A DNA stretch of 64,000 bases from the NCBI GenBank assembly GCA_965178125.1, contig OZ237754.1, positions 806,001-870,000 of the forward strand. Direction: 5' to 3'. Each line of letters starts with the position of its first letter. The first letter of the stretch is position 1. Below are positions 25,913 to 38,225 of the stretch, piece after piece. The stretch is from Bilabrum cf. latius. Lineage: Eukaryota. A model generated the notes under the pieces. That model was not told where the DNA came from. It saw only the letters and a program-made list of their open reading frames with translations, and made no database searches. The position numbers were made by a program, and so were the translations under genes.

Positions 25913-27520
25913 CGCAGTACCGATGCATCCGCTCCGCGTGCGATCCCATCATCTGCCTCCTTGGATCTGTCGAGCGGCCTGCCTCTTGCGGCGATCGGCG
26001 AGGCGAGCAGCACTCGATCGGGGGCTTCGCACGTGATCTTGCTCGGGGGCCTGGCCGGTGACGAAGATGGTGAAGACGAAAGCGATGATGAGGATGATGA
26101 TAGTGACGGCGGGAGTACGAGTGGGGGGGCTCGCGATGGCAGTTAGTCTCACATGCGAGCCGACAGCAGCCGTTTGAACCCGCACGGGTTACGCCTGTCG
26201 CGGTCGGCAACTGTCGCGCGGTCCATTCAGCACTGGCTTGCCACCACGGGTCGCCGCTGGTCTGCCAAGATACAGCTGCTAGGCTGCGATGGCGCGCGTG
26301 AAGGCACAGGTCGCTCTGGCCAGTAGCGAGCAGCTGCACCAAGCCAACCCCGAGGCATACACGCATGCGTGCAGCAGGCAGGGGCACGCATCGCCATGGG
26401 AGCGTCCGCTCCTACAGGATCGGAGCACTCCGACACGCATACCCTGCCACTGCCTCGCCTCGATTCGATGCGCATGGATGCTCTGGATGCACACGGTATG
26501 CTGCGGCCGCACGTGCTGTCAACCTCTGCACTGGCCGCTCGATGGATGCTCAAGCCGGGCAGGGCAGGACGGTTGCGGCCGGGCGCGCTGGTGCTGTGGG
26601 CGTGCGTGGTCCGCAGCGCGGCCATCAGGGGCACCTTCGCAGTGGATCCGGCCGTGGCTGCCGGCAGTTCGGGGGTACCATCGGAGGCAGTGCGAGCGTG
26701 CGCAGCGGGGATGAACTACCTGTCGACCGATTGTGTCCACGACGTGCTGGGGCACTGGGAGCTGCTTGAAGAGGTAGGCGGGCCTGTGGAGGGCAAAGGC
26801 AGCCTGGGAGAGAACAGGGCAGAGGGGCAAGTCGCCATGGTTGGCAGCGGCGGCGGTGGTGATGGTGATGAGGAGGACAGATTCCGCGCGGACCTAGATC
26901 CACCTGCAGGCACCTCGACCTCGACTGCGTTGTCTACCTGGGCCCGCCCTGAGGGCAGCTGGCCCAGCTTCCAAGCAGTTGGGCCTGCTTCTCCCGTGTT
27001 ACGCGTTCCCCTTCGGGAACAGGCCCCGATTGCAACCGCACTGCATTGCGCTGCAGGCAGCAAACGTGTAGTCGGCGATGTGTCAGACGAGGAGGTCCCG
27101 TGGAGCGAGAGGTACTGGGGAGGGCGCGAGAGGCTGGTGTTGCAGGGGTGTGATGAGCACACAGGTAGACAGGACGAGCTATCAGTGCTGTGCTGGTTCG
27201 TGGAGGAGAATGAAGAGGGAGAGGGAGAGGAAGGACAAGAGGAAGAGGGGGGGAACGAGGTAGTCGCTCGCGGTGGGAAAGTAGAGGGCAAGTCGAGGGC
27301 AAGTGAGCGAGATGGGAGCAGGGGCAGAGAGGCTGTGGCAGCTAGCCTCAGGGCAGGGACAGGGAGGTGCGCAAGGACAGGCAGGTTTACGGGTTGTGCA
27401 TTCCACATCTCCAGTGGCAGTCCGCCCTAGGGGCAGGGAGGAGGTACGGGTAGCTCTGTTGCGGTTGAGGCTCGGGTTTGGCCCGAGGGGGCGCTGGAGG
27501 TGCTCGCTAGTTGGCGATGA
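23438..27520 (+). CDS. PRMT9: Protein arginine methyltransferase, PRMT9-like, with low-complexity inserts (~1360 aa)
   Basis: One frame with 11 TAGs (23513, 23852, 24239, 24935, 24941, 24947, 24953, 25436, 26144, 26324, 27428), ending TGA at 27518. Motifs RWHFRMMND.ERN..Y..AI*R, VDIGAGAGLL and SEVLDSGLLGEG. Confidence 0.8.
25848..25910 (+). repeat. (GCA)n microsatellite encoding poly-Ser inside the PRMT9-like gene
   Basis: About 20 AGC units. Confidence 0.9.
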
Positions 27521-27976
27521 GAAAGCACGAAGCATGCAAGATCTTGGTGCTGCTGACGATTGATTATCATAAACCATATTCCTCTGTCTGTACCAAGCCA
27601 GCGGGTCATCTTCACCATCGCACAGCGCGCGAACTGTAGCTACAGATGGATCTAGATTCTAGATCTACCCGTAGGCCCTAGGATCCGGATTCCGGATCCA
27701 TCGCGTAGTAGATCTAGATGTAGGCCTATCCTGGATGCTGCGCACTTGAGTGGAGATGATCGCGGGCCGAGCCAAAAGTCATCAATCCAAATGGATGCCT
27801 TGCAGCCAGCGGGCCGCCTCCGCCCACGCTTCCGCCCCTTCTCACGCCGCAGCCAGGACATCAGCAGACGAACGGCCATGCACGCGTGTGCCTCTGCGAT
27901 GGCCACACAGATGCGCGTCCATCGCATTACCCACACACCCCTATATGTGCGCTTGCCGCACACTGCACCCATCTCA

Positions 27977-28087
27977 CTCACTCGTCACAGGTCCTCGTCA
28001 ACGATGAACCGGTTGCCCTCGCTGTGGCTCCCTCACTCGTCACAGGTCCTCGTCAACGATGAACCGGTTGCCCTCGCTGTGGCTCCC
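27977..28087. repeat. 55-bp tandem duplication spanning the LRMDA stop codon
   Basis: CTCGTCACAGGTCCTCGTCAACGATGAACCGGTTGCCCTCGCTGTGGCTCCC occurs at 27981 and 28036. Confidence 0.9.
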
Positions 28088-28858
28088 ATCATACCTGCTC
28101 CTGCCCAATCCCAGGAACGCCCCGGACTCCCCCGCGTCCCCCCCCGCCGTGCTGTCCGCGTCGTCGTCCTGCCCCGCAACGCTCACGTCGTCGTCTCCGC
28201 CATCGCCCGCGCCGCCTGGGGAGGCTGCGCCCGCCGCTGCACCGTCCCCTGCTATCTTCTTCTTCTTCTTCGGTTTCCTGGGCGCAAGGTACTTGCCCTT
28301 CTCCTTCGCTTCCTCTCTCTCGGCGGGGCTGACGGGGGAGGAATCCAAGAAGGCGAGCGCGGGCAGCCGGAAGGACACGTACAGGCGATACCTCTGGCTC
28401 GCGGCGATGTCCTCCTCGGAGAGAAGCACAAAGTTGGGCGAGGCGGGGTTCCGCATCAGAGACAGGAAACTCAGCCGAGGGAACCGTTCTACCGCCAGGT
28501 CGCAGAACTACACGATATCAGATATGCTATTGTTATTGCAGGACAGCGTCTTGATGTTCTCGAGCCTGGGGCACGTCTCGAGCACATCCTCGATGAGACC
28601 AGTCTTGTCCAGGATCAGCGTCTCCAGGTTCGGCACCGCCGAAAGGCTCTTCAGAGACTTGATTGGGTTCTCAGATAAATTCAGTGACTTCAGGCTATCG
28701 CCACGCCCCAGCAGTGCCCCATCCGGGATAGCTCCGAGACCTTTGTCTGCAATCACCACGCTGGTAGCAGTGCACGGGGGCAGCTTGCTCAGGTCCAGCT
28801 TGCCCATGGCAGTAGCATCGCTAGGTCCAGTTCCATCTGTACTAGCAGCTCCCGCCAT
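28040..28858 (-). CDS. LRMDA: Leucine-rich repeat protein, LRMDA/C10orf11-like (272 aa)
   Basis: Two ORFs joined by TAG at 28508. LRRs, then LSFLSLMRNPASPN, RYRLYVSFRLPALAFLD and the C-terminal YDGSHSEGNRFIVDEDL recalled as typical of LRMDA; TGA stop. Confidence 0.85.
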
Positions 28859-29326
28859 GCCGTTGGTACCAGCTCAAATAACTCTCTAGGCGTGACTCAA
28901 CAAGGCCAACCGAATTCTGCTGGCAACCGAACGGCACACTACTGCACAGCTGGTGTCGTTGTCTGGTTAAACGAAGCGACAAGTGAGCTCTCGTATATAG
29001 TCGTGCTAATTTTGTCTTCCGATGCCGGCGACTCGGTATATGTGAACTGTACCGCTGCGTCCCAAGAGTAATCGCTTGGGGGCCGATGTAACCACACTGA
29101 ACTAAATCTGATATATCTCGCGAGAAATTGCTTTTCGACAGATTTCAGCGCTGTCGTTCTTACTGTGAGAATGTATTTCGTATAATGTGTAACGTGTATC
29201 ACTACTTTGTGGCATCGTTTAAGTTTTACTTGTATTCGAGATCTACCGGATTTACAATTCATGTTCCTTCATTCGCAACTTTCGCCGGCACGCAGACTTG
29301 CTGCAGTCTGATAGCACAGGCATTGA

Positions 29327-32300
29327 ATGCCCAGCCGCAAAGGTAGACGAGGTGGTCGCAAGGCCAAGACGGCCCAGGCGTCCGGCTCGAAACCCGAAGT
29401 TTCGACCGCAGGTGGGCCTGGGGCTGGCACGTCCGATGCAAGTGCGCCATATTGTCGCCCGGCCGTGCTGACCCTCCGGCAGCGCATCGAAGCGAACTGG
29501 CCGGCTGCTGCAGAGATGCACGCGGCGGCTGACAGGAAGCGGGAGGAGCAATCGACCCGCCTGCAGTACCGTCGCGCCACGGCCGCCGTCCAGCAGCTAG
29601 ACCAAGTCATCTCCTACGAGCCTCTGTGGGGAAGGGCCTCTCTGTCCAAGGGAGATCCCATCCGCCAAACAATGGCGGCATTGAAGCAGGTGGAAGCCAC
29701 GCAGCCGCAGTTCCATGGGATCGACCAGGACCTGTCCCCGGAGAGGAGGGTCGGCAGGTTCCTCCATTGGCTCGGCGTGTGGGGATTCAAACAGCTCCCC
29801 GGCAAGCCGATCCGGGTCGTGCGGAGCCGACGGAAAGGATTCGGGCTCCGGATCCTGGGCAGGGCTCGCGAGGCCGAGACTGTTCTCCGGATCCCGCAGA
29901 CGATCGTGCTGTCCATGCTGCAGGTGAACGAGGGGCCCGTGGGCCGGCTGCAGAAGATCGACGCGCAGCTCAAGGGGGCCGCGAGGCCGTTTCAGCTGGC
30001 CCTGCACCTGGGGCACCTGGCAATGCAGTGCGCTGCGCTTCCCGAGGAGCTGAAGAACCTGGAGCCCGCGCGTAAGCCAGTGCCAGAGCCAGAGCCCGTG
30101 CCAGTGCCGGAGGACGACAGGGTGGCCGACCCCGCCGCGCAGGCAGACGATCGGGACGCGGACACGCTGGACCAGGAGCTGGTGCAGGCCTGGAGACGGG
30201 CTTACGCAAATGCAGGGGCGGACCAGCTGCACCCCGAGATGCAGCACTGGCGGCCCTACCTTGCCCTGCTGCCGGTGGGTGGGGTGGGAAACCTGCTAGA
30301 CTGGGGCGAGTAGACCTGGTCGGTGCTTGCAAAGGCAGACCCTGCGGGACACATGCAGGCAGCGAGGTACCTCCGTAGTTTCTTGAAGAACTATTGTGCC
30401 CACTACTAGGTGCATGCCTCCGAGAAGGCGCTCAGCCTGTCCAGCATTGGCAAGAGGATCGCCCAGACGGTGGCGCAGCAGGCCGCCGCTGGTCTTCCGG
30501 AGGACAAGCGGCTGGCCCTGCCGCAGGGCGTGTCTGCCGACGGAACCGTGGACCCGACGGCGCTGCGCGGCGCCCGGGAGGCCCGCCCCTCCGTTTAGGC
30601 TGCCCTGGCCTTCCCCTTGCTCCGCTGGGCCTTGGTGCATGTGATGAGCAGGCACAACTCGGCGCCGCTCAAGATGCTGACCGTGGCCCTTGACGCGGAC
30701 GGGCGGATCATCACGAAGACGAAGGCGCAGGTCGAGGAAGAAAAGGCTAGAGCAGGGGCCAATCCGGGTGAATCGGGGGAGGAGGAAGGGGTGGGGCCAG
30801 CAGCAGCGGAGGAGGAAGACCCGGAGCTGGGAGGCACGCGCCCCCCCCTGCTGGTGGCACCCGAGTACTACGAGGCGCACGAGTGCCTCATCCCGCTGTG
30901 GGACCTATAGAACCACGAGGAGGGGTACATGAGCACGGTGCCGGATGTGGCGGAGGAGGAAGAGATCAGGATGGGAAGGGAGGAGGAGGAGTGGGAGAAG
31001 AAAAACCTGGAGCAAATGCTCAAGGAGGCAGAGGAAGGGGCGGGGGTGACGGCGCAAGCGGAACCGGGCAAAGAAGCAGGAGAAGAAGAAGAAGCAGGAG
31101 AAGCAGCCAGTGCCGCTGCAGGGGATCCGGGGGAGGGGGAGAGAGATGTTTCGACCTCAGCCAGCGCGGCTGCATTGTCAAGCAAGAAAGGCATTGAAGA
31201 GGAAGAGATGAAGGCAGGGGTGGTATCCATCGATGAACTGCCGGGAGCAGAGACCACGTCTGTTCTGGCGGAGCGGGTGGGCCTCGCTGCGCGCGCGATG
31301 AGGGAGTTTGCTCCCGGCGAGGAGCTGGTCATGGACTACGGGCCCCGGCCCGCGATCCAGCTGCTGCACTTCATGGGGTTCGCCGCTCGTCAGGGGCCCT
31401 GGTCCACCGTGCAGGTGCCTGTGGAGGCCATGCACTCCGCGGCTGCGTTCGTGCGGAGGCAGGACGCGCAGCGAGCCGCAGAGGCAGAGGCCGAGGCAGA
31501 GGCCGGTGGCGAGGGAGGGGAGGGAGCGGGAGGGGAGGGAGCGGGAGAGGAGGGGGGCGATGAGGACGCGAGGGCCAGGCGGGTGAAGAAGGCGCTCACG
31601 AACGCGGTCAAGGACCCGCTCCGGCCCGTTCGAACCAAGGTCCTGCAGCTGGCCAAGCTGACGGACCCCGCGGGCCCGGGGGCCGACGGGATCGAATTCG
31701 TGGCACTGCCTGCCACCGGGTACATGTCCTCGCAGGCGCTGGGGTACTGCAGAGTGCTGGCGGCCGACGGGGAGCAGCTGAGGCAGTTGCTGGCCGAGGT
31801 GGGCGCGCGCGCGAAGCAGGCCGCCGTCGCCGCGAGAGAGGTCGTGGAGGGCAACAGGGCGGTGGTGCGGCCCGTGCGGCAGGTGTCCGTTGAGCTGGAG
31901 CAGGACGAGGGGGCGGCGGGACGAGGCGCCAAAGCAGGGGAACAAAAGGAGGGCAGTGGGGCGGGAGCGCCGCCTCTTCCTAGGGTGCTGCGGTGTGACG
32001 AGTATCCCAGGAACGAGTGGCTCGGAAGGGCGCCCCGGCTGAGGGCCACCACGAAGGCCCCTGCACTGCCCCCTCCCCCGCCGACGCCCGAGACCGTGGA
32101 CCGGCTGTGCCCTGTTCCGCGGCTGTGTTCCGCGCTAGAGAGGAGGGCCCTCAGGATCATGGCCCGGGCGGCCGCCCAGCACAGGATCAGGGCGGCCAAG
32201 GCGGCAAGGGAGCTGCACGGGGCCGGGGCAGGGGCAGGGGCAGGGGCAGGGGCAGGGGCAGGGGCAGGGTCTGCAGCTGCAAAGGTGGGCACTGAAGGGG

Positions 32301-32653
32301 CCTAGGCGGAGACTGGGGATGGGGTTCGGACTGGTGCTGGGAAGAGCCGTGGAGGCGGTCGACGCGGCGGGAGGGGGGGCAAGCGGTCTGGGGCATCGCC
32401 TGCAGCCGCTGGTGCTGCGGGTGGTGCGGCTTCCGGTGCGGGGGCCGGCGGGAAGGGTGCATCGCACGAGGGTGCGGCAGCAGCCGGGGCAGAGCTGGGT
32501 CGCAGGGCCGTGGTAGGTTTCTTGATCCGAACGACGGAGAACTTGAAGGCGGTCGAGTCGACGATCCGGGAGTGGGTGGGGAGGCTCGACTTGGAGGAGG
32601 AAGGCGATGGGGCCGGGGCTGTGAGTGCAGCTGTGGGTGGTGCGGGCAAGTGA
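29327..32653 (+). CDS. SET-domain methyltransferase, SETD3/Rubisco-LSMT family (~1108 aa)
   Basis: One frame with TAG at 30311, 30407, 30596, 30908 and 32303, ending TGA at 32651. Motifs KGFGL, WRPYLALLP, RWALVHVMSRHN, LIPLWDL*NH and GEELVMDYGPR..LLHFMGF. Confidence 0.82.
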
Positions 32654-33256
32654 CTGCTGTGAGGAGGCATGCGCCATACCTCAGGCTTTGAAATGTCTAA
32701 AATCAGGCATGGATCGAACAGTGAGCTCTCTCTGGCCAGTGCCGTGGTTTACGAGCCGTGTGCCGGTTGCAGGCACCCCCGCACTTTGGATTGAATACCG
32801 GTTTCCGGAGGATCCGCTACTCCACAACATGTTGTGTGTCAGGTAAAACAAGAAAACATGCACTTCAATATAATTACACGAAAACGTGCCGAGTAGGCCT
32901 ATATCTAGGCTTGGCCTAGGCCTAGACTAGGCAGTTGACCGATTCCGAGTCTACACTTTTTCTGGAATCCGGATTCCGGAATGATCCACCCGATGCACAG
33001 ACCGCCCGAGCACAGATACTCTGGCACCTATCGTGGCCATCGTGGTCATCGCTGCAGCGCAACCTTGCCAGTCCTCTGGGGTGTGACGCGACTATTTCAC
33101 GGCTTGGACCGCCCGACCATCACAATAGGCACAGAAGCCCAGATCTTGTCTCTTCCCCACGCATCCAAGGGGGTGTCCCTCGCGGGATACCCCCCCCCGC
33201 GCACGCGAAAACAGGATTGCGCACGCTACATTCCCTGCTACCAGGCCCACAGGCCT

Positions 33257-33708
33257 CTACCCGCTCCTCATGGGCAGCAGAGCGTCAGCCCTGTAGCCCG
33301 CCGCTCCCCCCCCCCTACCGCTCCTCATGGGCAGCAGAGCGTCAGCCCTGCAGCCCGCCGCTCCCCCCCCCCTACCGCTCCTCATGGGCAGCAGAGCGTC
33401 AGCCCTGAAGCCCGCCGCTCCCCCCCCCCTACCGCTCCTCATGGGCAGCAGAGCGTCAGCCCTGTAGCCCGCCGCTCCCCCCCCCCTACCGCTCCTCATG
33501 GGCAGCAGAGCGTCAGCCCTGTAGCCCGCCGCTCCCCCCCCCCTACCGCTCCTCATGGGCAGCAGAGCGTCAGCCCTGTAGCCCGCCGCTCCCCCCCCCC
33601 TACCGCTCCTCATGGGCAGCAGAGCGTCAGCCCTGAAGCCCGCCGCTCCCCCCCCCCTACCGCTCCTCATGGGCAGCAGAGCGTCAGCCCTGTAGCCCGC
33701 CGCTCCCG
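33257..33708. repeat. 57-bp minisatellite, 8 copies; the unit contains the last codons and TGA of the adjacent minus-strand gene
   Basis: Unit CGCTCCTCATGGGCAGCAGAGCGTCAGCCCTGHAGCCCGCCGCTCCCCCCCCCCTAC, contiguous and without spacers. Confidence 0.92.
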
Positions 33709-36234
33709 CTCCCCAACCCGCTTGCGCTGCCAGCGCCAGTGCCAGTTCCCTGCACCGCAGTGCCGTTCGCCCCCGTCTCCTCGCCAGAGCTCGCGCCCGG
33801 CATCAGCCCCAGCCCCAGGTCCAGGCCGAGACCCATGCCCATGCCCGGAGGATCTGCCCCTTGCCCAATACCCTGGGGGAACAACGCACCTGCTCCCTCG
33901 TCTGGCTCGTCCAGGCCCCACCCCCACCCGCCCTGCTGCTGCTGCTGCTGCTGTTCCCCAGCGGCGCCGCCGGTGGCGCGTGGGGGCACGGTGGTCGTTG
34001 TGGTGGCTGTGCCGGAGCTGCTCACCGGGAGCAGGCCACGGTCCCCACTCGTCACACCGGCATCCACGCGAGCCTTCTTGCTGTCGGGCGGGAGCACGGC
34101 GCCCACCCCCGCCTCCTGCCCCTGCACCACAGTGCCCTGCACCGCGCCGCCGGCTAGCGCCGGGCCCCGGCTACGCTTGCGACCAGTCGTGACACCGAGC
34201 CCCCCTGCGATTGCGGAACCTCCGCTCTGCGCGGCGCCCCTGGAGAGCGCGATTCGTCGCGCCGCCGCCTGCTGCCTCCCCAGCACGCCCAGCGCGACCT
34301 CGTCGAAGCCGTCCACGGGCGACTGGTGGTGCGCGGCGCCGCCTCCGATTGCGGAACCTCCGTGGAGGCCCAGGTCGAGGGCGTTCTCCGCTGCCGAGGT
34401 CGCAACCGCCGCGGCCCTCTTCTCCTCGGTGGTGACCCGCGCCAGGTCCGGCATGGTCACCGCCCGGCGGGTAGGGTGCATCGGCACTGGCGCGGCGACA
34501 GGGACAGAGACAGAGGTGGAGGAGATGCCCTGCCTGCCAGGGGCATAGGCAGCTGTCGCAGCCACCGGGAGGGGGGGCGCATGTGGGGCGGCGGTGGGCA
34601 CGCCCGCTACAGCCTTCGAAGATGAAGATGAAGATGAAGATGAAGAGAGGGCGGCGGTGGGCACGCCCGCTACAGCCTTCGAAGATGAAGATGAAGATGA
34701 AGATGAAGAGAGGGCGGGGTGCTGTCTGGCGCTGGACTCGACCGAATCGACGGGCAGGGGCAGGGACAGGTCGTCTTGCGCGGCGCCGATCTAGGTTCCG
34801 CTGAGCTAAACCCCGTCGTCATTATCGCCGCCGCCAGGGCCCCCCCTGCTGCCGCTCCACTGCCCCAGTGCCGCAGCCCCATCCCCGCCCCTGCCCCTGC
34901 CAGCGCCCCTTCCCCTGCCCCTGCCACCAACGCCGACGAGGTTGGTTGGAGTCAGGCTCCCTTCGAGATCATGGTCGCTGATGAACCCCCCCCCTTCCCC
35001 TTCCATCTCTCCCTCTCCCTCCCCCTCTGGCCCGGTCCCTCCCAGCTCCAGGCTCCCCCGGCTGATGGCACCCCCCCTGTCCCCCCCCCTTGCTCCCCCG
35101 CTACCCCTTGACCCCCTGCCCCCGCCCCCAACGCCGAAGGGTCCCAGGTCACCCGCCTCCACCCTGTCCCATTCCTTCGGCCCGCTCCTGCTTGTTCTCT
35201 GCTTCAGCAGCTCGATCACGCTGTCGTTCTCAGAGTCGAGGCCGCTGTCGTCGTCATCATCCAACCCACCGCCGCCAGGGCCGCCAGCACCCAAGTGCCG
35301 GCTAGGCCCACCCTCGCTGCCCAGGCCACGACCCAGCCCCAGGCCAAGCGGCCCGCCTATGCCCCTACCCCTACCACTGCCCCTGAAGCGCCCGCCCAGC
35401 CCAAAGCCCAGCGGGTCGTCCCTGGCACGATCCTCACTCGTCACACCGAGCCCTCGGGACGACGACATGTCGTGAGGCAGGGAGGCGCTCCGGTGAAGCT
35501 TCCCGGCCGTCCTACCCCCCATCCCCACCCCCGCTCCCAACCCGCCGCCGACGCCGGACTCCCCGAGCGGCGGACCCATCGCACTCGTCACACCAAGGCC
35601 CCCCACTGGAGACAGGCCAGCCAGAGCCGAGGAGGGGAGCACCGCGTCGGCCGCCGCGCCGGTGTCCCGGTGCGGTGCGGGAGCGGGTGTGGCGGCAGAA
35701 GCGGCAGGCGCCACTCTGACCACCCTCTCCGACCGAGCAGAAGCCATGCCGAGGGTGTGATGCGACGCGGCGGTTTCTCCGCTCTTTCTCCGGAGGGTGC
35801 CACCGGACGGCCCCTGCCCCTGCCCCTGCCCATGCCCCTGGCCCTGCTGCACCCCACGACCATCACTCTCCGTACTCGGAGCGTCCATCTCATCCTGGTC
35901 CGCAGACACCCTGCGGCGGGTCTCAGACTGACTCCCGCCGGAGTGACCCCCGGCAGAGCGGCTCCAGCCGGTCCCGTGACTCGAGCTCGCAGGCAGCAGG
36001 GAGGAGGCATCCGAGGGACCCGCCTGCTGCCTGTGGCCGGGGCCCCTGCTGCTGCTGCGGCTGCTGCTGCCGCTGCCAGCAGGAGCCACCCCCTGCTGGC
36101 GCCGACGGTGGTGGTGGTGGCTCTGGTGATGGTCCTGCTACTGCTGCTGCTGCATGCCCAGGTGCGCCGCCGCGCCCAGCTGCACCGACCCGGGCCCGGA
36201 ACTGGTGCTGGCGGCACCACTATTCCCATGCCCG

Positions 36235-36305
<71 letters not shown>

Positions 36306-38225
36306 GGGTGCCTGCTGGGGAACAATCCGGGGGGTGGTCGCCGTCAGGAATGCCAGCACGTTGGGCTCCCTCCGCCCGCCCTGTTCCCCAGCGGTGCCTC
36401 CCCCTTGTTCCCCCGCTGTTCCCTGGCCAGATCCCAGGGCCTGTATGGCGGCCAGCGCGGCCTGCCCGGTGGACTAGGGCAGCGTGAACGACCGGCTGCT
36501 GCTGCCGTTGCGGCGCATCCCATGAGACTGTGACGAGTGCGACTATCCACCCATACCCATGCTTGTTCGCTGCTAAACGGACGCCTAGGAGGACGAATGG
36601 GGGCCAGAGACCGCGGCGGGGTTACGGGCACCCGAAGCAGTCTAGGCGCCCAGCTGGGATAGCCCGAGACCTACGGAGCCATGCGGCGCCGGGATACCAG
36701 CAGCTGCCTGCTGCTAATGATGCTATTGCTGCTGCATTGCATGGTGCTGCTGCTGATAGCCCCCTAGTCCCTAAGAGCCCATGGCCATAGTGGTCGACAT
36801 GCCACTACTGCCAATCCCAGCACCCAGCCCCGCTCCCATGCCCATGCCCATCCCATCCACCATCTAGATCCCCGCACCTATCCCTATCCCTGCCCCTGCC
36901 CCTGCCCCTGTCCCACCCCCCGAAGCAGTGGCTGCGGGCGCCTAGGAGCTCGTGCCCGTCCCCAGCCCGAACTCGTGCAGCCTCGCCGCCGCCTCCATGG
37001 CGGAGGACGAGGGGGCCGTGGAGCGGGACAGGGTGTAGTGCTGCTGGTGTGACGAGTGAGGGGTGTGTGACGACGGCATTGAAACCGAGCCCATCGGCGT
37101 ATGCGCGGCGCCGCCGGTGGTTCCGCTATGGGGCAGCTGCAGCTGCGACAGGCCAGAGGCAGGGGGAGCCAGCAGGCCGTGGTTCTGGTTTTGGTTAGGG
37201 TTCTATATCTGCGTGACAGCGGGCGATGATGCATGTGTTGCCGCTGCGTGCAACTGTAACTGCTGCTACTGCTACTGCAAAGGCTGCTGTTGCTACTACT
37301 GCTGTTGCTACTGTTGGCCACCCCCTCCCACCCACCCCCCCGTCGCCTGCATGCTGCTTCCCACCTCAAGGTCCCTCCCGTCCTCCCCAAGGAACGTCTG
37401 GCCGGGGGGTGCTTCCAGCCCCGCCCGGAAATGAGCCGAATGCGCACCCGCGCCTGTCTCGAGCAAGCGGAACCGGGCGCCGCGCATCGCATCGACGATG
37501 TTCCGCAGGACGCTGGCGCGCTCTCCCGACGCGCCCCCCGACTTTTCCACGTTCTTGGCGGCCTTGTTGGCCCTGGACACCGCGGTGATGACCCGCTTGG
37601 GGGGACCCGACGGCTGCTTGGCGAACACGCAGAACTGTCTGGTTGCAACCACCTCTCTGTCGGCGAGCATGAAGGCGAGCATGAAGGGCCTGTTCGCGTG
37701 CACGGAGGAGATGGGCAGGCTCTTGGGCAGGATGCTGACGTGGAGCACGCCCTGCTGTGACGAGTAGCAGGGCACGGCGGAGGGGAGGGGCACGGGGTGG
37801 GCTTCCCCAACGGACTGGTCCTCGTCACTGGAGGTGAGGAACACAGTGGGCACCGTGCCGTCGTAGTACAGCACGTCGGTCCTGACCAGCCTCGCCAGGT
37901 CCATGGGGTCGATGTCCCCCCCGGACTCGAAGGAGTTGGGGCTGGGCTCGGGGGGCAGGGGGAGGCCGTCGAGGCCAGTTGTGGGCTCTGTTAAGGAGTT
38001 GGGGGGCCAGGCAGCGGGGGGCGACTTGGAGGAGCCCTTGCCGCCGCCGCCGCGCCCGCCCCGGCGCCTGCCGGTGCCTGCGACAGCAGGGGCGGGCGTG
38101 ATGGCGGGCCGCATGGCCGGAGAGGCCCCGCTGCGTGTCGGGCGCGCTTCACGCGTTGCTGTGTCGAATGCGGCCTTTGTAGCCGCTCCTAGTCGCAGCT
38201 GCGATGCTAAAATGGGTGCAACCAT
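33684..38225 (-). CDS. Large Gln/Gly/His-rich protein with one compact N-terminal domain; putative transcription factor (start uncertain)
   Basis: One frame through about 18 TAGs, many inside poly-Q tracts, ending TGA at 33684. Compact beta-rich segment LPISSVHANRPFMLAF...TRQFCVFAK near 37600-37900. Confidence 0.72.
34587..34717. repeat. 63-bp in-frame tandem duplication containing (GAAGAT)n
   Basis: GCGGTGGGCACGCCCGCTACAGCCTTCGAAGATGAAGAT... occurs twice. Confidence 0.85.
36225..36305. repeat. (CCCATG)n hexamer repeat encoding (GH)n on the minus strand
   Basis: About 13 units. Confidence 0.9.

Noticed and set aside
30908-30910. TAG=Leu or Cys, suggested by LIPLWDL*NH in the SET domain
   Set aside because: This one column is usually hydrophobic or Cys in homologues, but it is outweighed by the poly-Q tracts, the CAG/TAG swaps and the PRMT9 and CDK positions. 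It remains a discordant site.
33257-33708. CRISPR array
   Set aside because: Units are contiguous and near-identical with no unique spacers, and there are no cas genes. It is a minisatellite.
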